In this document: positions 20,325 to 30,700 of the stretch, one piece after another
How the letters are laid out: the number at the start of each line of letters is the position of its first letter
Numbering within the stretch: position 1 is the stretch's first letter
Source: Patescibacteria group bacterium
Lineage (GTDB): Bacteria > Patescibacteriota > JABMPQ01
Length of the DNA stretch: 64,000 nt
Direction: 5' to 3'
Assembly (NCBI GenBank): GCA_041749335.1
Contig: JBGTBM010000010.1
Location: forward strand, 221,110 to 285,109
Made by a program: the position numbers and the translations under genes
Notes under the pieces: model-generated
The model's input: the letters and a program-made list of their open reading frames with translations, nothing else
The model's database searches: none
What the model was told of the DNA's origin: nothing

Positions 20325-20729
20325 TTATAAATTTTTAATCAGTTTTTCTGCCACTATTTGTGCTTCTTGTTCTTGATATTTCCGTTGCGGCCACAACCTC
20401 AAGCCGTCGCCTTTTACCCTAGGTATCACATGAAAATGTACATGCGGCACCACTTGCCCCGCCATTGTTCTATTATTCAGCGCTAAATTATATCCTTTAA
20501 CATTCAAGCCCTTTATCATCGCCTGACCAATCTTTTTAACTACTTTGCTCATTTCGCATAATATATTCTCCGGCAACTCTTCAATATTTTCAAAATGTTC
20601 TTTGGGAATTACTAAAGTATGCCCGGGATTAACCGGCATTATATCCAAAAAAGCGAAGACCTGATCGTTTTCATAGATTTTTTCACAAGGCACCTCGCCT
20701 TTTAATATTTTACAGAAAATACAATCCAT
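20325..20729 (-). CDS. HIT family protein
   Basis: CIFCKI and HVHFH histidine triad. Confidence 0.93.
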   Translation of the reverse strand: MDCIFCKILKGEVPCEKIYENDQVFAFLDIMPVNPGHTLVIPKEHFENIEELPENILCEMSKVVKKIGQAMIKGLNVKGYNLALNNRTMAGQVVPHVHFHVIPRVKGDGLRLWPQRKYQEQEAQIVAEKLIKNL

Positions 20730-20760
20730 AGGTTAGTTATTAGTCAATAGTCATTAGTGA

Positions 20761-21243
20761 TTAGTTGTGCTTAGTCCAATCATATCCGATCTTCTCGTCA
20801 TCATAAGCAATACGCTCTTCGTCCGGACTTTGGGCATTATAGCTTTCAGTGGTGTGATAAAAAAGATGCGCCGGCTTGTCACCCAATACCTTATAACCAT
20901 GAGCCACTCCCACCGGTATTAATATCACCTGCGGGTCATTTTCGCCATCACACAGTATCTCTTGAGTCTCCCCAAATGTCGGAGAATCTTCTCTCAAATC
21001 ATATAAGACTACCACTGCACGTCCGGAAGATATAAACCATAAATCATCCTGCAATTTATGCCAATGAAAAGCTTTTATAGTGCCCGGATGAGCGACCGTG
21101 TAGGTTGTTTGACCATATTTTGAAAGCAGTCCTTCGTCATTTCTTAGCACTTCCATCAAATGTCCCTCTTTCTCCACCGGTTCCCTGGTATCCGGAATGT
21201 CTTTGTGTACTTTAAGTTTTTTAATTTTTACACCGTCTATCAT
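20761..21243 (-). CDS. dTDP-4-dehydrorhamnose 3,5-epimerase family (RmlC/SpsL-like cupin)
   Basis: KAFHWHKLQDD, DLREDSPT and IPVGVAHGY motifs; near rfbB. Confidence 0.85.
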   Translation of the reverse strand: MIDGVKIKKLKVHKDIPDTREPVEKEGHLMEVLRNDEGLLSKYGQTTYTVAHPGTIKAFHWHKLQDDLWFISSGRAVVVLYDLREDSPTFGETQEILCDGENDPQVILIPVGVAHGYKVLGDKPAHLFYHTTESYNAQSPDEERIAYDDEKIGYDWTKHN

Positions 21244-21298
21244 GTTCGTATGTTAATTATATAGATAAATTATAGCTTTTTAAAATTTTTATTTCAAT

Positions 21299-21332
21299 AA
21301 AAAAAGCAGAGGTTTTAAATCTCTGCTTTTTT
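21299..21332 (-). terminator. Terminator after fibre paralog A
   Basis: AAAAAAGCAGAG...CTCTGCTTTTTT. Confidence 0.7.
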
Positions 21333-21337
21333 AATGA

Positions 21338-22270
21338 TTAATAGACTAAGATAATAAAATTTCTATCTTGTAGATTCCCTGCCCCGGTATCATGCGTATA
21401 AACCTGAACACTATTTGTATTAGAGGCATTGTTAAAGCTATAAGTGGCTAAGGTATCCGAGTCGGACATAGTAGTCCCATCTACAACGACAGAAATAAAT
21501 TTACCAGACACATTAAAACCAAAATTAACCTGATAACTTCCCGCAAGACCCGATCTCGTTATAGTTATATCGTTGGGACCAGCCGATCTTATGATCGATG
21601 GAGTTCCTTTACCATCTACCATTGCCATAGCTTTAACTGCACCATATCTCGCCCAGTGCTGTACAATATCGCCATCTAAAGATAATTTTCCTTCATTACT
21701 AACAGTTAAACCGCCTCCTCCGGTATTTTTACCAATCTCAAGCTCGTCTCCAATAATTTTTGCTCCCGGAACCCATAAAATATCTGCGAGACCGGCATTA
21801 ATATTCCCTTTATTATCAATAGTAAGTGTCACTCCCTTAGAAGGATTTTCCATAAGTAATTTTCCACTTACTTGGACATCTTTTGTCCACACTTCATTCC
21901 ATCTATGCAAAGAATCACCAAAATTATTGATATTAGTTAAGGTGGGAATTATATGATCTGAAATTTTCAGAGGATTATCTCCTCCTTTTTCTGACCGCCA
22001 AATTTCTCCATCGATTCTCACGTCATCTCCAAATGTAACCGGATCGTCGCTGTTATTTACAATTGTTCCATTAAAAAAGGTTACGCCGCCAATTCCCGGT
22101 TCGCCAATATAGGCAGAGTTTGCATAAATAGTGCCATTTACGTCTAAACTTTCATTATAGGTAATCGTTGATGCCGGCTGAAGGACATCAGCATCTGACG
22201 CTGCAGCTACTGCGGAAAACACAAAAACACCCAGCACAATTGCCAGTGTTCCCAGAAGTTTAATTTTCAT
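21338..22270 (-). CDS. Secreted tail-fibre-like protein, paralog A
   Basis: Signal peptide; conserved QPAS..YNE...GGVTFFNG...DDxRIDGEIWR module; NFGDSLHRW; beta-rich C-terminus ending FIILVY. Confidence 0.65.
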   Translation of the reverse strand: MKIKLLGTLAIVLGVFVFSAVAAASDADVLQPASTITYNESLDVNGTIYANSAYIGEPGIGGVTFFNGTIVNNSDDPVTFGDDVRIDGEIWRSEKGGDNPLKISDHIIPTLTNINNFGDSLHRWNEVWTKDVQVSGKLLMENPSKGVTLTIDNKGNINAGLADILWVPGAKIIGDELEIGKNTGGGGLTVSNEGKLSLDGDIVQHWARYGAVKAMAMVDGKGTPSIIRSAGPNDITITRSGLAGSYQVNFGFNVSGKFISVVVDGTTMSDSDTLATYSFNNASNTNSVQVYTHDTGAGNLQDRNFIILVY

Positions 22271-22304
22271 TTGTTTTTTATTTATTGTTTTTTTTAACTA
22301 ATTT

Positions 22305-22339
22305 ATTATATTTTACCCCCCCCCGACTACTTCTGTCAA
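22305..22339 (-). promoter_or_regulatory. sigma70 promoter with a G9 tract in the spacer
   Basis: Minus strand: TTGACA (22334-22339), GAAGTAGTC, G9 (22316-22324), TAAAAT (22310-22315); 18 bp spacer. Confidence 0.75.
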
Positions 22340-22350
22340 GACGAGATAAG

Positions 22351-22380
22351 AAAAAAGCACCTCCGGAGAGAAGTGCTTTA
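22351..22380 (-). terminator. Terminator after fibre paralog B
   Basis: AAAAAAGCAC...GTGCTTT hairpin, with a T-run on the minus strand. Confidence 0.6.
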
Positions 22381-22389
22381 AAATTTAAT

Positions 22390-23367
22390 CTAATAGACCG
22401 TTAACATAAATGACGAATCAATATTAGGAATTGTTGTTCCATTATCATCATATACAAATACATCAATTCCTTGAGCACCATTTATCGCTGTTGATATATC
22501 AGTCGGACTAACTCTTATTGGGGTTACTTGCCAATATCTATCATTTATATCAAATGCAAAATCAATAGTATAAACACCCGCTGGGTTTCCATCTTTTCTC
22601 TTACATGTTACTGAAGTATTATTAAATGTCCATGGTCTATTGCACAATCCATTAGATCCGACCATTACTAAGGCCTTAATAGCACCAGATGAATTTCTTG
22701 CTTGATATATATCTCCCTGAACGCCTAAATATGTTCCTACGTTTACATTTTTATCAACCGATATTCCTTCCTTAAACTCAACATTACTATTAAATATTGA
22801 ATTGTTTCCTACTCTTAACTGCCCATAACTATTTATTGTTACACCGCCTTGACTAAATCCTCCCGCAACATTAATGTTTTCAAAATCTGTCACCCCACTT
22901 ACATTTAAATCATTAAAGTTTGCCATCCCACTTATATTTATATCGTTAAAGTTCACATCTCCATTAAAATCAGCATTTTTAGCATACAACTTATTCCATC
23001 TATTTGCAGATGATCCAAAATCATTAGTATTTGTAATGGTCGGAATAACGTTATCAGAAATCTTTATTGGATCTCCACCCTTTACGCCTCTCCATATCTC
23101 TCCGTCCACTCTCATATCATCTGCAACAGTAAATGGATCTGTTGCCCCTTCATTTAGCACTGAACCATTAAAGAAAGTTACGCCACCCAATCCGGCCGTC
23201 CCTACTCTCAAAGAATCTGTATTTAAAGAGCCATTAATGTCTACATTTTCGTTGTAGATAATGTCTGATGCCGGTTGCAAAGTTGTAACATCTGACGCTG
23301 CAACGACTCCCGCGCAGAGGAATACTCCCAAAATAATAGTAAGCATTCCCGTTAGTTTTGTTTTCAT
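22390..23367 (-). CDS. Secreted tail-fibre-like protein, paralog B
   Basis: Same N-terminal module as paralog A; DFGSSANRW; short F-N-D-x-N-x-S-G repeats; C-terminus ending FMLTVY. Confidence 0.65.
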   Translation of the reverse strand: MKTKLTGMLTIILGVFLCAGVVAASDVTTLQPASDIIYNENVDINGSLNTDSLRVGTAGLGGVTFFNGSVLNEGATDPFTVADDMRVDGEIWRGVKGGDPIKISDNVIPTITNTNDFGSSANRWNKLYAKNADFNGDVNFNDINISGMANFNDLNVSGVTDFENINVAGGFSQGGVTINSYGQLRVGNNSIFNSNVEFKEGISVDKNVNVGTYLGVQGDIYQARNSSGAIKALVMVGSNGLCNRPWTFNNTSVTCKRKDGNPAGVYTIDFAFDINDRYWQVTPIRVSPTDISTAINGAQGIDVFVYDDNGTTIPNIDSSFMLTVY

Positions 23368-23387
23368 ATTTATTTGTTAGTTAATTT

Positions 23388-23424
23388 ATTATATTTTACC
23401 CCCCCCCCCAGCTACTTCTGTCAA
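23388..23424 (-). promoter_or_regulatory. sigma70 promoter with a G11 tract in the spacer
   Basis: Minus strand: TTGACA (23419-23424), GAAGTAGCT, G11 (23399-23409), TAAAAT (23393-23398); 20 bp spacer. Confidence 0.75.
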
Positions 23425-23473
23425 AGCAAGGTGGGGATAAGTTTATTATTCAATTTACATTTAATGTCCTTAC

Positions 23474-23792
23474 TGTAGAGGGACAGAACAATGTTCTGTC
23501 CCTACAAAAAAAATAATCCCTGAGCCCAGTCGAAGGGTTATTTTTGTCTAGCCTTCGACTTCGCTCAGGCAATAATTTATCTTTACGTTATTATAAATTC
23601 ACGAGATTTTCCTCCTTCAGCGGGCAGGCTTCTATTAATTGGCGGGATCGCAATGACGGAAAAAAAGAATGTTTTGGCATTTTGTAATTTGTTTGTATTT
23701 TGTTTTTTGTATCTTAATTTAATTTTTTTCAGCACCACCCCTTTAATTCCCCTCTCCTCCAAAGGCGGACAGGCTCATCTGGGGGGGGAGAC
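23474..23792. repeat. Cluster of REP-like palindromic elements
   Basis: AGGGACAGAACA-a-TGTTCTGTCCCT; CCTGAGC..AGTCGAAGG paired with CCTTCGACT..GCTCAGG; GAGATT...TCGCAATGAC; CCCCTCTCC...GGGGGGGGAG. Confidence 0.65.
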
Positions 23793-23896
23793 TATATAAT
23801 TTAGTAAAACTGTTTAAGTTATAAGATTATTTTCAATACTTCTTTCTACTTCCTTCAATACTTCTTTCTTCTATTCCAAATTTGCATTTTTATACT

Positions 23897-23934
23897 AAAA
23901 AAGCGGGGCCACATAGATTGCGCGGCTCCCGCTC
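23897..23934 (-). terminator. Terminator of the GT4/small membrane protein unit
   Basis: Minus strand: GCGGGAGCCGC...GTGGCCCCGC followed by TTTTTT. Confidence 0.7.
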
Positions 23935-24018
23935 GAGGCTTAAATTCTTAAATTTTTGTAAGAATTCTCACCTAGTGAGATTACATAGTTTTTGGCTATG
24001 TAATCCGGTAGATGAAAA

Positions 24019-24207
24019 TTACACGCTTCCCCGCCCTATATTAATATACCGATTTACCAGTAAAAATATCATCAAAGCGAGGCTTGTAAACACCACTCCG
24101 TATTCCGAATAGACATTGGGCTCGTCGGACATAATGTCATGGATGGCTGCCCAGTTAATGCCAATAAAAGGCATTGAAACTAAAATTCTGATTAAATTTT
24201 TTTTCAT
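24019..24207 (-). CDS. Small two-TM membrane protein
   Basis: 62 aa with two hydrophobic segments; 5 bp downstream of a GT4 gene on the same strand. Confidence 0.6.
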   Translation of the reverse strand: MKKNLIRILVSMPFIGINWAAIHDIMSDEPNVYSEYGVVFTSLALMIFLLVNRYINIGRGSV

Positions 24208-24212
24208 GTTGA

Positions 24213-25385
24213 TTAATTTACTTCCAGTGCGCTTTCTTTTACTTCCACATATTGTGTAGACAGCACTCGGGCATACAAATTTATTGTTTTTTTCGTGATA
24301 TCTTCCCAGTTGTAATTTTTAGATACATGTTTTTCCGCTTTGGCGCCAGTTTCAGCGACCAATTGAGGATTAGTAAGCAGTAGCTTTAACTTATATTTCA
24401 AATCTGCCACATTCTTGTTTTTAAACATATAGCCATTGCCGGCGAATGCTTCAATATTTTCCGGAATATTACTAACAAGAACTGTATTTCCATATTGCAT
24501 TGCCTCAAGGACAGTTATGGGAAGACCCTCTGATTCAGATGGATGAACATATAAATAAGCATTGTTAAATAGCTGGGATAAAGTTTTTCCAGACTGAAAG
24601 CCGGTAAAAACTATATCTTCCCTACCTTTGGCCAGTTTTTTTAAATAAGTTACATAATCATCGGTATAAGCAGAATCGCCCACTATCACCAGTTTAAGTT
24701 CTTTTAATTTTGATTCCCCTACTTCTTTTTTCAAATCAATAAAAGCCTTAATCAGATAATGAATGCCTTTATGGCGCACCAGCCGCGCGCAGGTCATAAT
24801 GTATGAGTTGGGCCTTAAATTAAATTTTCTGATATTGTCGAATCCTTCATGTTTTTCTATGGCTACTCCATTGGGGATATAATCAATATTGGCATGATAT
24901 TTCTTTAAACCTAAATCTCTAATAATTTTAGAAACGCCAATAGACTGATGGGGAAATTTACATGCGGCATATTCGCCAAACCTTAAGTACATTCTGGCAA
25001 AGCGGCCCCATTTTTGATGAAACTGATCGCGGCAATGAAAAGTAGAGACAACTTTGGCTTTTCTCTTTAATAACCTGGGAATAAAACTTAAAGTAGATGG
25101 TCCTACTCCCTGGTAGTGAATAATGTCAAAATTTCGCCTTAAAGCGTCCAAAGATGCAAAAAGCGTATGAGTAATCGCATCCAGATGCTTAGTCCTCAAA
25201 GAAGGCAAATAAATTAAATTTACTCCTTTATATTTTTTATCTTGATACTGAGTATAATGTTTACGTGAATAAACATAAACATCATGTCCGGCTTTAGCTA
25301 ATCTGATGCTAAGCTCTTCGGCATGCCTTTCTATTCCTCCCGATCTAGCCGGAATTCCTTTTTGTCCTATTAATGCTATCTTCAT
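24213..25385 (-). CDS. Glycosyltransferase family 4
   Basis: MKIALIGQKGIP..GGIERH and PSESEGLPITVLEAM motifs. Confidence 0.92.
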   Translation of the reverse strand: MKIALIGQKGIPARSGGIERHAEELSIRLAKAGHDVYVYSRKHYTQYQDKKYKGVNLIYLPSLRTKHLDAITHTLFASLDALRRNFDIIHYQGVGPSTLSFIPRLLKRKAKVVSTFHCRDQFHQKWGRFARMYLRFGEYAACKFPHQSIGVSKIIRDLGLKKYHANIDYIPNGVAIEKHEGFDNIRKFNLRPNSYIMTCARLVRHKGIHYLIKAFIDLKKEVGESKLKELKLVIVGDSAYTDDYVTYLKKLAKGREDIVFTGFQSGKTLSQLFNNAYLYVHPSESEGLPITVLEAMQYGNTVLVSNIPENIEAFAGNGYMFKNKNVADLKYKLKLLLTNPQLVAETGAKAEKHVSKNYNWEDITKKTINLYARVLSTQYVEVKESALEVN

Positions 25386-25624
25386 ACTTTTAAGTTATTT
25401 TAAGTTAAATTTATTACTTTTTGATCTGGACGCTAGCTTTTTTCCATTCCGATTAAACTATTTTAACTATGATATTTTTTTATGTTTTTATTTTTAAGCA
25501 ATTCATATTAACAGACTATAGTAGCATACTTTAATTTTATTGTCAAGGGTTTTTGACAAAGATTGCTCCAATATAAAAAACACCCTTAATGATGGTGCTT
25601 TTATAGTATTTGCCAGAAATTATT

Positions 25625-26734
25625 TTATTGTTGGTATAACTTCACAATTTCTTGAGTAATTTTATCCCAATTATATTCCTGACGGACATATTCTTTGGCC
25701 TTTTTGCCCGTATTTTTGACATAAACGGGATTCTGCAGCAGTTTATTTAGTTTATCATATAGATCATCAACATTGCCGGTCTTGAAATATCGGCCGAATT
25801 CACCCATGGCCTCAAGATTTTCCGGAATATCAGATATTAAAACCGTTTTCCCATAACTCATCGCTTCAAGAATAGTAATGGAAAGCCCCTCCGCCTCCGA
25901 CGGATGAACATATAAATATGAATTAATAAATAACTGATCCAGCGTCTCTCCTGTCTGATAGCCGGTAAAAATAATATCGTTATCTCCTTGTGCTAATTTA
26001 ATTAAATAATCCTTGTATTCAGAAGGGTAAGGCGACTCTCCTACCAAAACTAATTTTTTATCAGTGTCTAATTTCTTATAGGCTTGTATCAGCCAATGCA
26101 GTCCTTTGTGGCGGATAAAGCGCGCTACCGTAAGAATGTAATTATTGGGCGCAAGTCCCCACTTTTTTGTTTTATCCCCGCCCGCAGCTTCCCAGATTTT
26201 CACGCCATTGGGAATATATTGAGCCTTTTTGCCATATTCCATCTCGCACAGGCGCTGAATCGTTTTTGATACGGCAATTGTTTCGTGGGGAAATTTACAG
26301 GCAGTCCACTCCCCCAGCTGCAAAAACTTAGCCGCCAGCTTTCCCCATTTTTTATGATAACGATCCTGGCTGTGAAAAGTAACAACGGTTTTTGTCCGCC
26401 ATTTCAATAAACGAGGTATAAATGATAACACCGAAGGACCAACGCCGTGATAATGAATCACGTCATATTTTTTAAATAAAGCATGAATGGTTGAAATGAA
26501 AGTGTGAGTAATGGCATCAAAATATTTGGAATTTATTGAAGGAGTAAAGATTAATTTAAGATTTTTTACGCCGGTGCGTTTTTTTAACGCGCGCGGAGTA
26601 TAATGCTTGCGCGAATAGACAAAAACTTCATGGCCCGATAAAACCAGGGTTTTGCTTAGATTTTCCACATGTGTTTCAATCCCGCCGTCATGTGTGACAA
26701 ATATTCCTTTTTGCCCGATCATCGCTATCCGCAT
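25625..26734 (-). CDS. Glycosyltransferase family 4 (close paralog of the neighbouring GT4)
   Basis: MRIAMIGQKGI..GGIETH and PSEAEGLSITILEAM motifs. Confidence 0.92.
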   Translation of the reverse strand: MRIAMIGQKGIFVTHDGGIETHVENLSKTLVLSGHEVFVYSRKHYTPRALKKRTGVKNLKLIFTPSINSKYFDAITHTFISTIHALFKKYDVIHYHGVGPSVLSFIPRLLKWRTKTVVTFHSQDRYHKKWGKLAAKFLQLGEWTACKFPHETIAVSKTIQRLCEMEYGKKAQYIPNGVKIWEAAGGDKTKKWGLAPNNYILTVARFIRHKGLHWLIQAYKKLDTDKKLVLVGESPYPSEYKDYLIKLAQGDNDIIFTGYQTGETLDQLFINSYLYVHPSEAEGLSITILEAMSYGKTVLISDIPENLEAMGEFGRYFKTGNVDDLYDKLNKLLQNPVYVKNTGKKAKEYVRQEYNWDKITQEIVKLYQQ

Positions 26735-26943
26735 ATGCTTCTTCTTAATATTAATTATGTATAAAAATCCAATTATATTAAATCATTCACTTCTCGTCCC
26801 GACGTTACGTCGGGATTATAGCAATACGCATAAAAAAATTTTGCCTTTTGCCTGGCAGCTAATATCTTTTATCTTTAGGCGTTTAGTTAATATTATCACA
26901 ATAAAAAAAGAGAGTAAATTTCCACTCTCTTTTTTCTTTATAA

Positions 26944-27573
26944 TTAAGCGGCCATATTTTTTATTTCGCGTAGAACTTCCATCTTTCTAGCTATGGTTTT
27001 TTCTTTTCTGACTGATTCTTCAATTTCTTTGCTTAAAACAATATAGCTATCGGTTAATTCATTAAATTTTTCTTCATCTTTAGCTGCCGCTGCCTCTTTT
27101 AATTGTTTTTTTAAATTATTTCTTTGCACTATTAATTCATTCATTTCAGTTATTTCAAGCAGAGTTTCCATCGCTTCTGAAATTTTTTCGTCTAAATCGC
27201 TCAAATCAATATCAAACTCTGACATTTCCGCCTCGGCTTTTGGCAAATTAATGCCAAGCTCGGCGGTGGTTTCCAAAGCAATATTGACATCATTTAATTC
27301 TTCTTCAAGCCGTGCTATTTCCAAATCTATTTGATTGTAATCCTCAATCATTTGCTTTAAATCATCCACATTCTGCTCTTGAGCAATAATCTCAGCTTTT
27401 AACTTTCGTTGCCTCTCCAAATCAGAAATTTGAGCGCTAGTTTCCACAATCTTATTGCGCAGCTCTTGAGCATATTCCGCCGGAGTTTCCTTTTTCTCGC
27501 CCTTTTCAGCCTTTTCCGGCACTTTACCGGTTAATTCTTCTTCTGAAATTGATAGACCTTCTGGATTCATCAT
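26944..27573 (-). CDS. Acidic coiled-coil hypothetical protein
   Basis: E/K/L-rich heptad pattern; terminator-like hairpin at about 26903-26935. Confidence 0.7.
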   Translation of the reverse strand: MMNPEGLSISEEELTGKVPEKAEKGEKKETPAEYAQELRNKIVETSAQISDLERQRKLKAEIIAQEQNVDDLKQMIEDYNQIDLEIARLEEELNDVNIALETTAELGINLPKAEAEMSEFDIDLSDLDEKISEAMETLLEITEMNELIVQRNNLKKQLKEAAAAKDEEKFNELTDSYIVLSKEIEESVRKEKTIARKMEVLREIKNMAA

Positions 27574-27726
27574 ATATATTTATTATTTATTTATGCCTAT
27601 ATATTAACATATTTTATATTTAAAGTCAACGAAATATTATTGACATTATAATTTATTTATTATATACTATGATGATTTACTTGCAGTTTAAGTCTTAAAT
27701 ATTTATATTGAAAACGAAAATATTTT

Positions 27727-30700
27727 ATGAAAACACATTATCGTAAAGACAAATTTCGCTTTCCCCAATATTTTCTTAATAAAGAATTTCCAATTTTTAT
27801 TAAGGTTGTGGCAATTCTGATTATTTTGGCCATTATTCTTTTTATTATTGATACCATCGGATTAACCTATAAACCACAAATAGAAATTGATGCCTATACG
27901 GTTAAACACGATATTGATCCTAATTTATATGGATATAGTATCGATTCTAATTTTACTTATAACCAAAACCTAGTAGGCGCCATCAACCAATACGGCGCGC
28001 AATCTATGAGAATTATGGATGAATATGAGCCGGGAGCGCGTATGCTTTTAAAGATTAATAATGGAGCAAGCTATGTTTTAGCTGCCGACAATGTCCCCTA
28101 TGAGCCCAACCGCAATTACCAAGTTAAAATTCAGGTTAATGAAAGCAATATTAAGCTTTGGATAGACGGCAAACAAATTTTTAGTGTTAACGATTCAACC
28201 TACAAAAATGGTGAAATTGGCTTAACCTCAAGCTTTAATCTTAATTCTTATTTTGATAATGTTGTAGTTCGCAATAATGAGAGTAATATCCTTTTTTCTG
28301 ATAATTTTTCCCGCGGCTTCGATAAATGGGAAAACGGCAATATTCCCGGCTTTTATCAACAAGGCGACTGGCTGCTTGACGATGACAGCTTAAAACACGA
28401 AGGCCAGCAGTCTATTACGCTAAAAAAGGCCGGAGATAATAATTGGAGAAATTATACTATCACCGCCGACTTAAAATCGTCAACGCAAAATATTTATGAG
28501 GCTGGGTTTATTGGCATTGTGTTTCGTTATAATGGAATACTGAACAATTATAAATTTTTATGGCGCTCCGGCTTACGACAACCCTTCTCATCTAATAATC
28601 CTTGGGAAATTGCGGACTATGACGGCCAATTCCGCTTTCTCCAAGAAACAAATTTAAAGCCTAATATGGTCATTAATATGCGCGACGATTCCGTCCAATC
28701 AGCCGCTGATTTGGTGCACGAATTAAATATTGAAAAAAAATTAGGAATAAAATATTGGGAGCTCGGCAATGAAATATGGCTGTGGAGCGACTCTTACATC
28801 CACAACGACCAATATGCTCAAAAAGTAAAAAATTATTCCCGAGCCATGAAAGCGGTAGATCCCAGCATAAAAATCGGCGCCACTCTGCTTTTGGGATTTT
28901 CAGACTGGGATAATTTAGTAATTCGCGAAACTGCTCCTTATATTGATTTTATTGTTTTTCATTTTTATCCCTACTACGTTCAAAGCAATATTTCAGATTA
29001 TCATATATTGGGCGCTCCCTATGCGTTCGGCAATAATTTTAAGAATAATAATGGACAAGGCAAGGGTATTGTAGAAAATGCTAAAGATTTAATCAGGAAA
29101 GAGGCGCCAGGGCATGAAAACAGAATTGAATTTGCAGTAACTGAATATAACACCGGAGACTATGATCAAGGAATTGATCTTATTTACGGCTTGGCAGTCG
29201 CAGATCTTTTAGGCGAAGCGGCTAAGCAGGACATTAAACTTATGCAATTTCATAAGCTAGCCAACGAAACCGCCTGGCATTGGGGAGCTTTTACCGAAGA
29301 TTATCGAGCTAAACCGTCTGCGCTGGCGATCTCAATGTACACAAAACACTTCGGCGATAAAATGTTAGATGCCAAAGTAAAAAATACTCCCACCTTTTAC
29401 GTCCCAGAAAAAATTAATGTGCCGGCAATTTCTAATATACCGTACTTGTCGGTTCATGTTAGCCGCAGCAAAGATGATAAAAAATTATATTTGATGGTAA
29501 TTAATAAGCACGCGGCCGCCGATATGCAAACAACTATAAATATTGCCAACGCTAATATTTCCGCGCAGGCAAAAGCCTATACTTTAAACGGACCCTCCAT
29601 CCATTCCGATAATAATTATGCCGATAATGTAGCCATATCGGAGAAAACAATTAATAATGCCAATTCAAAATTTATCTATAATTTTCCGGCTCATTCCGTA
29701 ACCGCGATTGAATTTAATATTGAAAATTTAATTAAGCCCAAAGTACAAACAGCTATAACTGTCCCAAAAAGCGAAATTAAAAATACGCCCGCTACTCCTG
29801 ATATCGGAGGACCATCAGATAATTCTATTCAGACATCTAAAATTGCCGCTTCCGCCGGTTTGGGCGGAAATCCCCATATAAAAACTTTTGACTCTCTGGG
29901 TAATCAATCTCAAGGTAACTTTTTTGCCTATGATCAAAATTTTAAAGGCGGGGTTTCAATAGCTTTATGCGACTTTGAAGGCGATGGAAAAAATGAAGTG
30001 ATAACCGGCGCGGGAGCGGGCGGCGGGCCGCATCTCAGAGCTTTCCGCGAAGACGGAAGAGAAATCGCCAACTTCTTTCCCTTTGATCCGAATTTCCGCG
30101 GCGGTATTGATGTCGCTTGCGGCGATATAGATAAAGACGGGCGCGATGAAATCGTAACTTCTCAAAATTCCCAAGGCCAAGCCTGGATTAAGGTATATCG
30201 CTACGACACGCGAAAAAGTATCATTGGAGAATGGAATGCTTTTGGGCATGTGGAATGTGGCGCGTCTGTGGCAATGGGAGATGTAGACGGAGACGGCACA
30301 GATGAAGTGATTGTTGGAGCGGGAGCAGGAGGCGGGCCACATATTAGAATTTATGAAGCTGACGGCACTCTAAAGCCATTAGAGTTTTTTGCCTTTCATC
30401 CGAACTACCGCGGTGGTATTTCGGTTGCTGCCGGCGATGCGGATGGAGACGGCCAAGATGAAATTGGCGTATCTCAATCCGGTTATGGCGATCAATCCTG
30501 GACCAAGGTATACAAATACAATAACGAGCATTCGGTCTTAGGCGAATGGAAAGCTTACGGCGATGCGATCTTAAGCGCGCATATTGCCATGGGAGATATT
30601 GACGGCGATGGGCGCGCAGAAGTAGTTACTGGAACGGGCTTGGGCGGAGAACCGCTGGTGCTAACTTTTAATGCTTATGGACAAATTAAGCCGGTTAGTT

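Noticed and set aside
21338-23367. Diversity-generating retroelement or shufflon acting on the fibre genes
   Set aside because: No reverse transcriptase or invertase in the window, no adenine-specific template/variable repeat pair seen, and no inverted tip cassettes.
23425-24018. Possible CRISPR array
   Set aside because: The palindromes are unrelated to each other, there is no repeat-spacer periodicity and there are no cas genes.
23882-24112. 76-aa plus-strand ORF
   Set aside because: It runs through a terminator hairpin and overlaps a better-supported minus-strand gene.
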